Below, piece after piece: positions 39,080-54,270 of a stretch of DNA of 64,000 bases. Source of the DNA: the human T2T-CHM13v2.0 reference genome, Homo sapiens; NCBI RefSeq assembly GCF_009914755.1, contig NC_060928.1. The stretch is one strand, 5' to 3'. Numbering within the stretch: the first letter of the stretch is position 1; each line of letters starts with the position of its first letter. The notes beneath the pieces are model-generated. The model saw only the letters and a program-made list of their open reading frames with translations, did not search any database and was not told the origin of the DNA. The position numbers were made by a program, and so were the translations under genes.

Positions 39080-41015
39080 AAGATTCAATTATAAAAATTA
39101 ATAATAATACAATGATAAATCCTTAGCAAATAACCAATACAAGGATAGCCACAAAATATCATACATGATGAAATCTTGAAAGTAATCCCTTTAAAGGCCA
39201 AAACAAGAAAAGAGTGTATATTATTATTGCAGACATCTCAGCAAAGCTAAAGAGATAAATAAAAGGCATAAGTTTTCCAAAAAAGGAAACTAAACTGTCA
39301 TTATCCTCAGGTGATATGACTACTCTAGTTAAATGTTGGTTACAAAACTACTACAAAATTTTATGTTTAAACACTAATAGATGGAAAGTTATATTTTATA
39401 AAGATACCCTTTACAATAACATCAAACAATATAGAGTGGCAAGAAATCTTTTTTTATAATAAAAAATATGGAATGACTTTATGGAGAAAATCATGAAACT
39501 TTAAAGACATTAAATAAGGCCTCAACAAATTGGCAGTTAGTTTGTATTCTTAAAATGGAAAACTCAGCAGGATAAAGATGTCAATAATTTAAAAATTAAT
39601 TTATAACTTCAAAGAAATTCCATTCAAAATTATAATTTAATTCAGTGCAAATTTGCAAGCTATTTCTTAGATTTATATGAAAGAGCAGAAGTCTAAGAAA
39701 AGACAGGCTACTCTTGAACAACATGAAAGAATTTTCCATCCCAGATATTAAAAATTATTATAAAATATTAATAATGAAGACTGTGTATATGTATAGACAA
39801 ATTGATCAATGGGACAGAAAAGAGACATTAGAAACATTCCTTCACTTGCAGGACTTCAGTTGCAAAACTCAATTTATGGCAGAAATAGCATTGTCGATCA
39901 GTAGGGAAATGATGTTTTATTAAATAGGGCTGTAACAATTAATGAGTCATGTGGAAAAATAAAATAAAATTGGATAATTCCATCACATAATACAAAAATA
40001 GATTCCATAAACAGTCATGTCTTAAACACAAAGAAAAAATTATGAAAACTTTAGAAGATAATATAGAAGAATATTTTTATGAACTGTAAAGGGAAGTTTT
40101 TTTTTCTTTTTGAAAGAAGACACCAAAGTTGCTAATCAGAAAAGAGCATATTGCTAAATTCAAGTAGAATAATAATACAAACTTACGTTCACTGGAGACA
40201 CTATAAAAAGAAAGACTATATGAGTTGTAAATTGGAAAACTAGTTTTTTACTTATAAAATTGACAAGGTTCTAACATCCAGAATATATAAAGAACACCTG
40301 TGTGCCAATGGGAACAAGATAATATACAAATAAGAAAAGTAAAAAAAAGAATACAAATTTTACAAAATAGAGAACACAAATGCTCCTAAGCATATAAAAA
40401 TATTCAATCTAATTAATAATAAAGAGATGAAAATTAAAAGAATAGCATGGTACCATTACATACTCATCAGATTGACAATACTAGGTAGTGACCAGTATGT
40501 GCAACAACAGATAATTTTATGCAGGAAGTAGTGTCAATTGGTACAGCTTCTTTGTGATACCACATGGCATTAACTGGTAAGATTTATGACATGCAAAGCC
40601 TAAACACAGCAAGTAATTCCTAGAGAAACTCTTACATAACATGAACCAGGAAACACATAAAGAATGTCAGCAATAGTCAAAATCTGAAAAGAACTCAAGT
40701 GCGCTCCAACAAAGGATTGGATAAATGAATTTTGCATTTACTTACTTCATATTCCTACAGTGGAATTACTAAAATTAAATGAACAGCTAAACATATCGAA
40801 ATCATGGGTTGCAAAACATAATGTTAAATAATAGAATCAAGTCACAGAACAATACATTCAGCATTATTCCATTGATCTGAAGTTTAAGAGCAGGCAAAAT
40901 ACATAATTGTTTAAGGATTCATACCTAGATGGTAAAACTACAAAGAAAAGCAAGAAACAACACAATTCAAAATAGTGATTAATTCTTGGAAAGGGATGGG
41001 TCTATGATTTGAGAG
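39080..41015 (+). mobile_element. Ancient L1M (L1ME-like) ORF2/3' fragment
   Basis: Degenerate ORF2 (PDIKNYYK..QIDQWDR) in A-rich sequence. Confidence 0.7.
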
Positions 41016-41406
41016 ATGTATTTGTTTGTTATGTCTGCCATAATAGTATACCACATACTGGGTGGCTTAAACAACAGAAGTATATTTTCTCACAGTTCTG
41101 AAGGCTGAACATCCAAGGTTAAGGTCCTGGAAGGTTTGGTTTCTCCTAAGACCTCCCTTCCTGGCTTGCAGATGGCTATCTTCTCACTGTCTTCACATGG
41201 TTACCCCACAGTCTGTGTGTTGTCTGTGCTCTAATTTCTTTTTAGGAAGACACCAGTCAAATTGAATTCAGGACCATGCTAATGAACTCCACTTAACCTG
41301 GTTACCTCTGTAAAGACTTCATTTCCACATACAGTCTTATTCTGAGGTACTAGGGATTAGGGATTCAACATATGAATTTAGGAAATGCACAGTTCAGCCT
41401 ATAACA
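41015..41406 (-). mobile_element. MLT1A-like LTR
   Basis: GGGTGGCTTAAACAACAGAA..CTCACAGTTCTG..CAGTTCAGCCTATAACA. Confidence 0.8.
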
Positions 41407-41537
41407 AGAGGTTCATACACAGAGGCTTCTGGTGTATTAGTTAGTTCTAAAATTTAGCCTGCATAACCAGAGAGTGGGTGTTTACTATATTACTGCTCTC
41501 CAAACTATATATATGTAATCGTCTTCTCTTTTGTATT

Positions 41538-42175
41538 TGTGGCAGGCAGAATCCTAAAACAAGCCCATCAAGCTTCCCACCCACTTCCCTAGGAGTGTGA
41601 ATATGATGAGATATTACAAACATCATTACGTTATCTTACACAGCAAAAAGATTTTGCAGATGTAATTAAGGTTATTAATGAGTAGACTAAATAAATCAAG
41701 AGTGATTATTCAAGTGAGCCTAATGTAATAACTTGAACCCTAAAAGCAGAGAGTTTTCTCTGGCAGGTAGCAGAAGAGGAAGTAAGAGAGATTTGAAGGG
41801 TGAGCTCAGCTCAATGCAAGGCAGGTTGTTCATTGCTTATATGGAAGGAGCCACATGGAAGGAAGTGAGAGCAGCCTCTGGGAGTGCTGAGTGACCCCAA
41901 GCCAACAGCCAGGAAGAATATCAGGACCCCAGTCCTATGCTGTAAAGAACTGAATTCTACCAACAATCTGAATTGGGAGTGGATTCATCCCTAGAGCCTT
42001 CAAATGAGAGCTTGGCCCTACTGACACCTCGATTTTAGCTTTATGAAATGCCAAGCAGAGAACCTGGTCAAGTCACCTAGACAGCTAATCTACAAAACTG
42101 TGAAATATTACATGGGTTAATTTTAAACCACTACGTTGTGGTAATTTGTTACCTAGCAATGAACAATTGAAACAG
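41538..42175 (+). mobile_element. MLT1D/E-like LTR
   Basis: TGTGGCAGGCAGAAT..GATTTTGCAGATGTAATTAAGG..GGTAATTTGTTAC. Confidence 0.75.
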
Positions 42176-42436
42176 TCTGTATTACATAGTTTACAGTAAA
42201 AATAGTTTAATGAAATGCAGAATTGTTTCCTGTAGTCTCTAAGCTCTATACTTGTAGGCTTATGCCTCAGTAAATTTGTCTCCAGGGCCATCAGGCCATA
42301 TTGAATTTATTGAATTATCCATGTATTCTTACTGATGAATGTGTATCTTTTCTTATTGTACATGTTCACTTACTACAAGGTTAACTCCATTCAGAAGAAT
42401 TCACCCCCTATGTTTCCATTTGAAAGCCCCCCTCCA

Positions 42437-42467
<31 letters not shown>

Positions 42468-43248
42468 GGAGAGAGTACAGGATGTTTTCAGGAATGGAAG
42501 CAAAAATACTGGGCAATTATTTTCCCACATTGTGCAGGAATCATATCTAGAGGCTAGGTTTCCTACACTCTCAGCTTGGCATTCTTTGTAAAGAAATGCC
42601 AGCTTTGAAAATCACAGTCCTAGAGGCTTCCACACTCCCCGACATCTTCACTACTTACAGGATTTATTTTCTGCTGTACAAAGCACCTTCAGGTATCAAC
42701 TGAACATTTTTAATAAATTGGGAAGAAATAAAGTCAGAATATATCTGAATACACTCACATCACAATTCTTGACTCTCAGAGGAATCAGTTGTGTGAGAAA
42801 GGAATAGAAAAGCCCTGAGTGAGAACAAAGGTAGCCATAACACTTACTTGAAATTTGAAATCAATGTAGCAGGACACTCAACTGGATTTACAAATTCAGA
42901 AATATTGAGGGAGAAGGTTACACAAACCTAATTATATGCTATTATCCTGATCAACAAATACTTACTGAGCATCTGTTATATTTGAAAAACTGGTAGATAT
43001 ACTAAACCAATAATTAATTGCTTAAAAGTATTAATATGCACGGTCAATAACTTTCTTAATGGCAAAAATTAACTTGATCCTTTCTATGAAAAGTTGTAAA
43101 AATAAAGATTATATGTAAATTTTATCAATTGAATGTAGCAATTTCTATCTGCCTACCATCATTAAAGCAAACACCCTAAACCTACTTTCAGTAATCTTCC
43201 TACTATCGCCTATAACAAGAAAAGCACAACTCTTGCAGCCAGATATTT

Positions 43249-43568
43249 ATTTTCTTTTTCTTTTATTTATTTATTTATTTTTTTTGAGACAGAGTTTCCC
43301 TCTTGTTGCCCAGTCTGGAGTGCAATGACGAGATGTAGGCTCACTGCATCCTCCGCCTCCTAGGTTCAAGCGATTCTACTGCCTCAGCCTCCGGAGTAGC
43401 TGGGATTACAGGCATGCGCAACCATGCCTGACTAATTTTTGTATTTTTAGTAGAGATGGGGTTTCACCATGTTGGTCAGGCTGCTCTCAAACTCCTAACC
43501 TCAGGTGATCCACCCGCCTCGGCCTCCCAAATTGCTGGGATTACAAGCGTGAGCCACCGCGCCCGGCC
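43249..43568 (-). mobile_element. AluS
   Basis: TSD GCAGCCAGATATTT at 43235-43248 and 43571-43584. Confidence 0.93.
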
Positions 43569-43588
43569 GCGCAGCCAGATATTTCTAG

Positions 43589-43901
<313 letters not shown>

Positions 43902-46639
43902 TAAACATGTTTTTATTTGACTCAACAATAAATTTTTGACACTCCACAATCTAAATACCATACAGATCTGCTTACCTTTTAATTTCACAGTTTCTATATT
44001 TTGCTTAATGTTAAATATAATCTCATTACATCTGGAACCCTTTCTGAGTTTTTCCAGTCCCTAGAAGGAAAAGATAAAAGCCATAGTTGGCTTACCAAAC
44101 ATGCAGAGGACAAGGACAGTCAGAAGGAGGAGTGCTGGTGAGTTCTGAGTACCCATGTCTGTCCTTAATCTTGATCCTGTTCTGGATGGTGGAATCAATA
44201 CTGCAGCCCACTTGCATGTGCTCTCTGTAACCCAGAGAATGTTTTATTGCTCTCCTTGTATTCTCTGTCCCCTCTAAAGAATAAAAGGTGAAGTTTATCA
44301 AGTGGTATACTTTTTGCTCACAAGCCAATAAAGAAGCTGAGTTTGTTTTTCAAACTTTGTTTTAATTGGGGCTTTTGGGGCACAATGAGATGAACTTGTT
44401 AAATAGAGAAATGAATCTATTATTTCCTGCCATGAAACTGCGAAACTGTGAAAGAGTCAATCTTAGTTGCAGTTAATGGTGACTTACAGAATGGAGTCTT
44501 GAGAATGTCTATGCATCTTTACCAAGGACATGTTCATACAAAATAGGGAATTAAGATGCTTTTCCTCAGCAATTATTTGCTTTTGAATTTTGTACCTATT
44601 TGCGTAATTCCATTTAAAGTCTTAATAGAATTTTTCAAACTAAGTCTACATGCACAGCCTAGATATACTGCAGAAAAAATTGAGTTCAGAGTATAACTTT
44701 TTTCCTGTCAAGACTTGCAAACTACAATTTACTTATTGTTTGAAGATAGCAGTTTCCATGGGCTTCAAGCTTAATTAACTAACAGTGAACTATGAGCTTT
44801 GATTTTATTTTTTAAACAGTTTCATAAATGAACTTAATTATTCCATAGTGAGTACAATTTTTTTGGCATTAACAAATCAAACAGTCAAATATTTGAACTA
44901 GTTTTCTAGTGCTACCATAACAAAGTACCACAGAGTGAGTGGCTTAAATAACAGAACTTTTTTATCTTACAGGTCTGGAAGCTGGAATTTCAAAATCAAG
45001 GTTTGACAGTTGTTTCTTTCTTAGGACTGTGAGAGAAGGAGTTGATCCAGGCATCTCTACTTGCTTAGTAGGTGGTCATCTTTATGTTTACATAATGTTC
45101 TTCTTGTATGCGTGTCTGTCTCCAAATTTCCTCTTTTAATAGGAGCACCCATCATATTGAATTAGCAGTTTACCCTAATAACCTCAATTTAACTGGATTC
45201 CCTCTTTAAGGACCTCCTTCCATATAAGGTCACATTCTGATGTACTGGGGGTTAGGATCTCAGCGTATAAATTTGAGTGGGACATAATTCAGCCCATAAC
45301 AGCATTTAACTGAAGAATTGGTGATAACTAGAGGGTTGATACAGTCTAAAGGTAAAACTAGCCTAAATGGTAACTTTTTTTTTTTTTGGCTAATTCTCAT
45401 TGTGCATTTATTTCTTGCCAGAGCTTTTGCTTGATGCTAGGTATTTGAAGATAAAAAAAAGTTGAATTTCTGCTGTTGACTGTATTGAGAGACCGACAGG
45501 TCAACAGATTAATCTAGAGGTAATCTGTATTATAATAGGTGTATATCTGAGACACTGTGGAGGGAAGGAGGAGGAAGAACTTCCCCAGGGGAGTCAGGGA
45601 AGACTTTACTGGAGAGGTAACACTGAACTTGTGAAAAGACAACAAGAAACTCATTATTATTTTTATTAAAAAGGTTGATATGAATTTGAGATAAAGAAAT
45701 GCACAAAGTGGCACAAAGAAGATCCAGACATGTTAAGAAGGGAAAACAATCTATTTCAGTCTGAAAAGGAGATGTTGTAATAACCTGACAACATTCAATT
45801 GACTGATCAGATCTTGGCCTTTGTACAAATCGAGAAGTAGAAAATAAGCTAGAAATATTACTCAGAGACAGCCCTGATTCCATTGAATCTCATTTTCCTT
45901 CTGTACAAAGTAAAGGTAATAGAATTTTGTGCTAATACTGTGTACATGTACTACCATGATAATAAAAAGTAAATAAAGATGTTTTATTCTTTAAAATATT
46001 TATCTATACTGAGACCCAATCATAATAACAATTTTTTTATTGTACTTTCCTTTGTGCTAACATTGCTCTATGACTTTTTGTAAGTTATCTGGAAATTTTG
46101 CAAGGGGTGTTTCTAACTTACAAACAAGACAATAAAATATGAGAAAGATGAAAGATTAAAAATAGCTATGCATTCTTAGCAGCTCCTCACTTTAAGAGGG
46201 AGAATCTATTTTCCAACCCCCTTGATTCTGTGCTGACTTTATGACTTGCTTTGGCACTAGGATACTTTAAAAGTGATGTTGTAGATGTTCCAGGTGAACA
46301 AGGCAAGAAGCCTAGGAGCTTCTCTCCTACCGTGTTAGAATGCTGCTGCCAAGCTGATCCGCTAGAGACACTAGGACCAGGAAATGGGTAATACCAACAA
46401 CCAGACATGTGAGTGAGGCAGCTCCAAGCAAGTCACCAAGAAACTGACTACAGCCCCATGAGTGACCCCAGGAGACACCATCAGAAGAACCACTCAGGTG
46501 ATCCCAAGGTTGTTTCGTCACCTAGCCCAAACTGATGACCTTCAGAGTCATGAGTCAGAATAAAATGGTGGTTGTTTTAACAGACTGCATTTTGGAGAGA
46601 CAATAGATAACTAATAAAGTAGCAAGTCAAATAAAGTGG

Positions 46640-47027
46640 TGTATTAGTCTGTTCTCACACTGCTGTAAAGAACTACCTGAGACTAGATAATTTATGAAGA
46701 AAAGAGGTTTAATTGACTCACAGTTCCACAGGCTGTACAGGAGGCATGGTGGGGGAGGCCTCAGGAAAGCTACAATCATGGCAAAAGGCAAAGGGGAAGC
46801 AAGCATGTCTTACGTGGTAAGAGCAGGAGGAAGTGGGAGAGTGAAGGGAGAAGGGACACACCCTTTTAAACCACCAGATCTCATGAGAACTCACTCACTA
46901 TCATGAGGACAGCAAGGGGGAACTCTGCCTCCATGATCCAAACACCTCCCATTAGGAGCCTCTTCCAACACTGAGGATCACAACTCGACATGAGATTTAG
47001 GAGAGAAAACAGAGCCAAACCATATCA
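46640..47027 (-). mobile_element. MSTA-like MaLR solo LTR
   Basis: TGTATTAGTC...CCATATCA with 5-bp TSD AGTGG (46635-46639, 47028-47032); empty site in copy A at ~29405. Confidence 0.9.
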
Positions 47028-47970
47028 AGTGGCCTAACGCATTTTATCCTTGAGTTGTTTGACTACAATGTGCATTATTTTCTTTAGACCGTCCTAAAGG
47101 AGCTCATGGTATGAATGGCTGTTAGCTATTAATTAGTACCCTGACACTGGTTCTACAAATTTTAGAAAGCCAATCCTACAACCAAAATTCAAGCTAACAA
47201 TCTTTAGCAGTCACGAAAATAATCTACTTTTAATGAAAATCTCCCTGTATTAAACATCAGAAAACTGAGTTCTAGCCCAATTTTGTAATAAAATAGTTCT
47301 GTGACATTTGGTAACTCCTTAATGGTCTCTGAGCCTTCACAGTTCCATTTATAAAAGGAGAAGGCTGTTTTTTCATGTGTGATCTCAAGTTTTGGACCAA
47401 ATTCCTGTCTGGCTATCAAGGGATCAGTGTCTGGCCTTAACCTTTGATTGGTTTGTTCCTCTCCATACAATCTGGCTTCCTTTTTAGGGGCTTGTTGAAA
47501 GCAGCAGTAACAATTATAACTAACTTACACCTATAAAAGAAAAAAATTGCCACTTCTAATGTGGAGGACAAAAATGATGGTAGGAGTACTAACCTCTTCA
47601 CAGGTCAACATGAGGTCCAGCATGTAGTTTGGTAGACTTTCTTCCCCTCACTTGAGGGCCTTATGAATTTAGATTCCAGGTTTTAATATTAAGTATAGCC
47701 AAGGAATACAAATCAGAGGCTGATGCCCTGCTATTTGGGTGATTTATGGCTCTCCTGTAAACACAGCAACTATAATTCCTTGGTTTGAGTTGGTTATACA
47801 GTTTCTGCAGAAGAATTCACACTCACAACAGCCCCTTTGTGAGGTCAAGAACTCAGTTGTGTGCAGCAATGGCCAGTGTGGTTATGCTCTCTCCTATTAT
47901 GGGCTTTCACTTTTTTCTGCCTCATTTCCCATTTTCTTTCCTCCTGGTTCTCCTTAGTAAAATAGTAGTC

Positions 47971-48515
47971 GCATTTGGCCCAGCAACCCCATTACTGGGT
48001 ATATACCCAAAGGATTATAAATCATTCTACTATAAAGACACATGCATAAGTATGTTTATTGCTGTTCACAATAGCAAAGACTTGGAACCAACCCAAATGC
48101 CCATCAATGATAGACTGGATAAAGAAAATGTGGCACATATACAGCATAGAATACTATGCAGCCATAAAAAAGGATGAGTTCATGTCCTTTGCAGGGACAT
48201 GGATGAAGCTGGAGACCATCATTCTCAGCAAACTGACACAAGAACAGAAAACCAAACACCGCATGTTCTCACTCATAAGTGGTAGTTGAAAAATGAGAAC
48301 ACATGGACATGGGGGAGGGGGGACATCACACACTGGGGCCTGTTGGGGGTTGGGGCTGGGGGAGGGATAGCATTAGGAGAAATACCTAATGTAGATGATG
48401 GGTTGATGGGTGCAGCAAACCACCATGGCACACGTATACCTATGTAACAAACCTGCACGTTCTGCACATGTACTGCAGAACTTAAAGTGTAATAAAAATA
48501 TAAATAAATAAATAA
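47971..48515 (+). mobile_element. 5'-truncated L1PA 3' end
   Basis: End of ORF2 plus 3'UTR and tail; TSD TAAAATAGTAGTC at 47958-47970 and 48516-48528. Confidence 0.92.
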
Positions 48516-50317
48516 TAAAATAGTAGTCATAAGCCTTTGCTGTGAGGTATAATTTCTGGGGGGCCCAATTGTCTATTTCAGGCTCCCCTAAAAGTGAGTC
48601 TGACACAAAGACTTAAGTGCAGTTTGTCTTGGAGATGATTATAGAAAGGAGTGAGGAAGTGGGGGAATGTGGAATAGGAAAGAGAAAAAAATCTAATAAA
48701 GGGTATGTAATGAATGAGATATCACTGTGGGCAATCAGAGCTCAACCTTGCCTGGAGTCTTACACAAACCTTGTAAAATGTTCCTCAGAATTGTCCCTAA
48801 GACTTCAATTTCGAGTCATATTGAAGTAAAACAGAAGTTTTAACTTCCTGTCTTAAAGAACTAGAAAACCCAAAGACTATATGAAGCAACTCCTTTTACA
48901 CATTAGACAACAAACAGGGAAAGATTACAATCCCTGAGTAAAGGAAATAAACGAGATGAGATCGATGAACACCCTGGATTTTTTGCTGGTGCAATTCTGG
49001 ACCACTGTGCAGGAGGAGAGATCCAAAGTAGACCATGGTAGTCTTGCTGAGTTGAGGGAGCTCAGATTTGAGTAGAGGATAACTAGGGTGTCTAGAAGTT
49101 TAGGAAAAGAGTTTGAGGAAGGAGAGATCTGTGAAGGAAACCTGAGCTCCAGAAATCTGCACTGAGGTCCCATTGGATCTGTTTGATCAATATTAAGTCA
49201 CTCATGCATAGGATGAAACTCCGTAAGTTAAGCAAAGAGTAACCAGAAAATTGTCAGCTGAGCAAATCTCAGACCTAACATGGAGTGGGGAAATATTTGA
49301 GGTCTGGCCTATCAGAAAGAAGAGAACTCATGAGCACTCAGGGCATCACTAAAGGCACGGGAAGGACATGACTTAGTAGTACAGCTAAACAAACCCTAGA
49401 GTGAAGAACGTTTCCAGACCACCCTAACAAAGCTCAACAAGCCTCAAATAGATAAAGCTGATGCCCTAGTTACTTAACCACTTGACAGAACAAAACCCGA
49501 GACTCCAAAGAAGGAAAACAAATATTGACACTCAGCAACTTAAGATTCAAAATTTCCTGCAGAAATCAGCATAAGCCATAATAAGTAAAACAAAATCAAG
49601 TCAATATAGAACAATATAGAACAACAATAAAATAGTTATTACAAATATGCTCAGGGGATTAAAAGAAGGTATAATCATAATGAAGAGAGAAGTGGAATAT
49701 TTTATATATTTATATATTTATTTTATTCTATTTTTATTCTATTTTATTCTAATATAAAATATTTAAAATTTATGTAGAAATGTATGAAGAGAGAAAAAGA
49801 GAAAGAAACTTCTAGAATTATCTAACCGAGAGACTGGGAAAATTGAATATTCATCCATTAACTTCTGTCCATCCTCTAAGGGTATGAAATCACAGGCCAT
49901 CCTGCCTGTGAGCTGTCTGCCAAGCCTGCTTTCCCAACACCAGTTGGAGAAAGCCCTCAGGTAGAGAGGCATTATAACAGGCAGCTAAAATTGCAAAGCC
50001 GTTGTCCATTGCAACTATTGAACTCATTGGTGAGTGGAGGAGATATGCAGTGGAGCATCACTGGCGAAGACAGGATAGGCCTTTTTCTTTATTATTTATA
50101 TAGGTAGCCAGGAAAGACAAACAATGTGATGTTTTTCTGGATTGCCCCCACTGTGCTATTGTGGGTCTGACATCTCAACCATCCCTCAACGTCTCTCCAG
50201 TTACTTCTGGAACACCTGACATGGTGACTCAGGAGGACTCACAAAGAAGGACTCACGATGACAGAATTAGTGTTAGACATGTCTCCTCCTCTCCTTCTCT
50301 AGCTCCCACAGTAACAT

Positions 50318-50840
50318 TGTCAGAGGCGTTGGAACGAAGTGACTCTGTCTTAACTGAGGGCTAGGAAAAATAAGGCTGGACTGCATTTCCAGAAAGTTAG
50401 GGATTCCTAGCCTCTAGATGTTCACAGTTAAGAGAACAGATTGATAATATTTACTAAACAGATTAGAGTTAGGAGTTTCCTGATATCCCATTATCTTGAG
50501 AACAGAAGCATTCCTAATTTTGCTTTAAAGATGCCAATATCAATTCTTGCAAAATATAGTAATTAAGAATATTAATTCTTTATCACAAACTCTTGTAGCA
50601 GAGCACATTTACCCATGATCTCTTTTTCTCCTATACATAAACAAGCATTGTACCTAGGGTGAACACGTTCCTCCTCTTTCTTTTGGGAACACCCTACTCT
50701 GCCTGTGGAGTAGCTGTTCTTATACCACTTTCTTACAAAACTTGCTTTCACTTTGCTCTGTGGACTCACCCTGAATTCTCTCTGCCCAAGATCCAGGAAC
50801 CCTCTCTTGGGGTCTGGGTTGAGACCCCTTTCTGGTAACA
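50318..50840 (+). mobile_element. 5' LTR, MER41 family (MER41C-like)
   Basis: Starts TGTCAGAGGC and ends GGTAACA; ~26 differences in ~240 nt compared by eye with 60676-61216. Confidence 0.85.
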
Positions 50841-50846
50841 TCTTTC

Positions 50847-50864
50847 TGGTGACCATGAAGGGAC
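50847..50864 (+). other. Primer binding site, tRNA-Arg type (TGGTGACCATGAAGGGAC)
   Basis: Just after the LTR; equals TGGCGACCACGAAGGGAC with two CpG-type C>T changes, the complement of the tRNA-Arg(UCG) 3' end. Confidence 0.75.
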
Positions 50865-51986
50865 AATACTGAGGAGAACCTTGACCCAAAGGAAATAGAC
50901 TGCAGTACCAATTAGCTGACTTTGGGTAAGCAGTGGAGTGCCCAGCTAAAGGATGGGATTAGATTAGAGGCCCAATTTAGGGGAGTTAGAGTCTCTCTTG
51001 ACAGAGAGGATTAAAGTTTCCTCTTAATAAAAGGCAAGGACACTTGACTGAACCTGGGTTTCAGGCCCAACTTTGGAGGCTAGAGTCCTTCCTAAGATTT
51101 ATGGGGTTAGAGGGCCCTCAGTAAAGTTCCTCTTGGCTAAGAATAGGTTTGGCATCAGGGGATGTTAACTGCTATGCTGTTTGTATTTATCTGCCTTGTC
51201 CTCTTTGCTGCATGAATCCATTTTTTGGGCACTGTCTCTGTTTCACTGTCATTTTCAGGAGACTTCATTTAACTGATCTTAGAGATTTTAACTTTCTCTA
51301 AAATTGCTGATGAAGATTTGGTATTTAAGCAATAAGATTACATAAATGTGGTTATGTTTTGTTGCAATCACTAGGCGTGATCGAGAAGCACTAGGATGGA
51401 AATCAGGGGACCTTTCTCCTTGCTGTTTTGTTTCATTTGCACACTAAAAACACTTCTTATCTTTTCAAAATTTGGGCAAATCAGTTTTGCTTGTCCAATC
51501 CACACTACAACTATTGCCCAGAGCCTACTTGCTCTGGTCATTTCCATCTAAATCCCCTTCATTTCCTTTGCCTTATTTGACATTTCTTTCATTGGGTACT
51601 ATGTGGTGGTTTATCTAAGATTCATGGCTCAGCTCATTTACATTATTTGGCTAGTGTGGATAAGATAATTCAATTTTCAGCAGCGATCTCATTAATGCAG
51701 CTGGCCTCAAAAACCTCTCCTATCCTTTTTAGTGGAACTTGGCCAGTGGCAATACAATCTCACTGGTTTGGAACTTTTCTTTCAACATCACCTGCCTCCT
51801 TCATGGGAACCATGACATTGATCCCAAAGGACTTATCACTAGGATGTATCCTTGAACACTGAGATCTGTTTAAAATAAATGGGATTAAGGAGAAAATTGG
51901 TGAATTACTGTTTCTATGTAATACTGTTTGGCCTCAGTATTATTTGGAAAAACAAAAGAAATGGTCTCCTATTGGAAGTACAGCCT

Positions 51987-52077
51987 TTAATAATATAGTA
52001 TATAATTAAATATGTAATATTTAATATTATAGTATATAATATACTATAATAATATAAGTATAATATTATAGTATAAT
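51987..52077. repeat. AT-rich low-complexity expansion inside gag
   Basis: TATA/TAAT-rich ~90 nt tract interrupting the gag matrix region. Confidence 0.75.
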
Positions 52078-53130
52078 TCAACCTGATTTGCTTTGTAAGT
52101 GGGATGAAACATGGGATGAAATACCATGCGTTCAAGCATTTTTGCTGCTCAGTCAGGATAAAACCCTGCAACAGGCATGTGCATGTTTGATGAAAGGAAA
52201 GGAAGAAAAAGAACTAGACATACTAGACAATCTCTTGATGCAAGCCCCCACAGGCCAGCAGACACTTTTTGGTGGAGCAGAACCTCCTTCTCTCAGCTAT
52301 GAAGGTTCAGGTGTGTCAGCCCATTCTCCCCTCTGTCCACCTGAAAGTTCTGCTGAGACCCCTTAGTCCCTTCCTCCTTACCTGTCTAGTCCCACTCTAT
52401 ACCCACCAATCCCTGAGTAACCTAGCCCTGTGGGTACTACTTGTAGTGGAGCCTCTTATCAACCTCCAAAGGGAAATGTTTGTCCACTTAGAGAGGTGAC
52501 AAATGGGGAAGAAGGCATTGTAAGAGTACATGTCCCCTTTTCTATGTCTGATTTGACTCTGTGTAAAAAAAAGTTTGGTCATTTCTCTGAAGATCCAGGA
52601 AAATTCATAAATGAGTTTGAGAAATTAACTCTGACCTATAGTTTGACTTGGCAGAATCTGCATGTTGGTTGTCTCTGTGTTGTACAGTGGGAGAGAAACA
52701 TTGCATTTTGGGGACAGCTAGGACCCACACAGATGAGATATTGACTCATAGCCCTAACCATAATATATATCAGGCGGGAGATGCAGCAGTTCCGGATCAA
52801 GATCTGGAATGGAACTATCATCAAAGGGGCAGTGAGGACTTGGGGAGGAGCACTCATATGGTTCCTTGTTTGTTGGAAGGGATGAAGAAGTGTATGAAAA
52901 AGCGTATTAACTATGAAAAGATTGAGGAAGTTTCTCAGGGAAAAGATAAGTATCCAGCTTTGCTTCACGGGTGTTTAGTTGAGGCAATTCGGAAGTGTAC
53001 TAACACTAATTCTGACTCAAAAAAAAAGGACAAACCCTTTTGGGAGTACATTTTATAACCCAGTCTGACACTGATATCTGTATGAAACTACAAAAAGCAG
53101 CTATGGGTCCCTAGACCCCTATGGATCAGC

Positions 53131-54270
53131 TATTGTTGTTGTTTTGTAATAATTTTTTATTTTATAGAAAAATGTAATTATGCAATGGTTATCAGGGAAG
53201 TTAATTCAGTAATAAGTATGTAGGCTAGAGAATAGTTTTCAAATATTCAGTCAATACCAACAAAATCCTGTATGATTTACAGAACTGATCAAGCAAACAC
53301 AAGAAAACTCTGGTTTAATTTCTATGAACTATCAAACGAAGAAAATGCTCTTCTATCTCAAATAAACCAGGTTTGAATGATAGCTTTTCAATATAAAAAA
53401 GACACGCACACACACTCACACACACACAATAAAGACAAAATATCTCTTCTCATTCTAAAACACTTCCTCTTTTAGTCCATATATACTTTGAATAATCTCG
53501 TGTAGTAAATCTTTGCTACAACAATGTTCAAAGTCAATCTCTCCTGGTTTGGTGTTCTAAGAAGCCAATAGACATAACAGTAAGAGCATTAATACTACTT
53601 CCAGAATCTATAAAATCCCAATGCTATTGCCAGGCAAATAAACACCAAGGCTGCAAGATAACGAATTGTCTCAAGTTTGTTAGACTCCATCAGTGTTTTT
53701 AAGGAAGCAATTTCTGCGTCAATTTTATTACTGGTCTCTGAAGTAATACTTTTGGTTTGGGTATCCTTTTTTGTAAATTCTGTAGTTGCTTCCATAAGTT
53801 GCTTTTCTTGATCTGTAAACATATCTGTTACTCTGCTCCTTTCTAGGTTGATATCCAGTTTATTATTTGCTCTGATTCAACTGGTTTCATGTATTAGTTG
53901 TTGCTTAACTTGGTCTAATTCAATTTTCATTTTCTCATTCTCTGCTCTGAGATTTGCGAATTCACTTTTCTCTAGGCTGACCATGTTTTTCCTGATAGAG
54001 TCCAAATGAGCCATTAGCTGTTGTACTGTTATTTTCTGTTGAGCTTGAGTGACCGTCTCTTTATAGGTAGTATCCGGGCTGACATTTGATAAAGTAGTTA
54101 ATGCTGATACTGTTGTTTCTGCTTGTGTTTTGTCAAATCCAAGAGTTTCCAAGTCCTGAACCAACGCATGGGTATCAAAAGTTAATTTCCTTTCTTCTAA
54201 AGGAGTTATATCCACTGGCAGCCTATCATATCCCTCCTTGGTTGTGGTGCTGAAGAAGTCTCTCTGCAGG
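53131..54270 (-). pseudogene. CCDC90B processed pseudogene (5'-truncated retrocopy)
   Basis: Intronless match to CCDC90B ([33 protein letters not shown]...[28 protein letters not shown]), one in-frame TGA at 53877-53879, 3'UTR, AATAAA at 53156-53161 and a decayed poly(A) at ~53131-53146. It interrupts ERV gag at MDQ|LLNMAF. Confidence 0.93.
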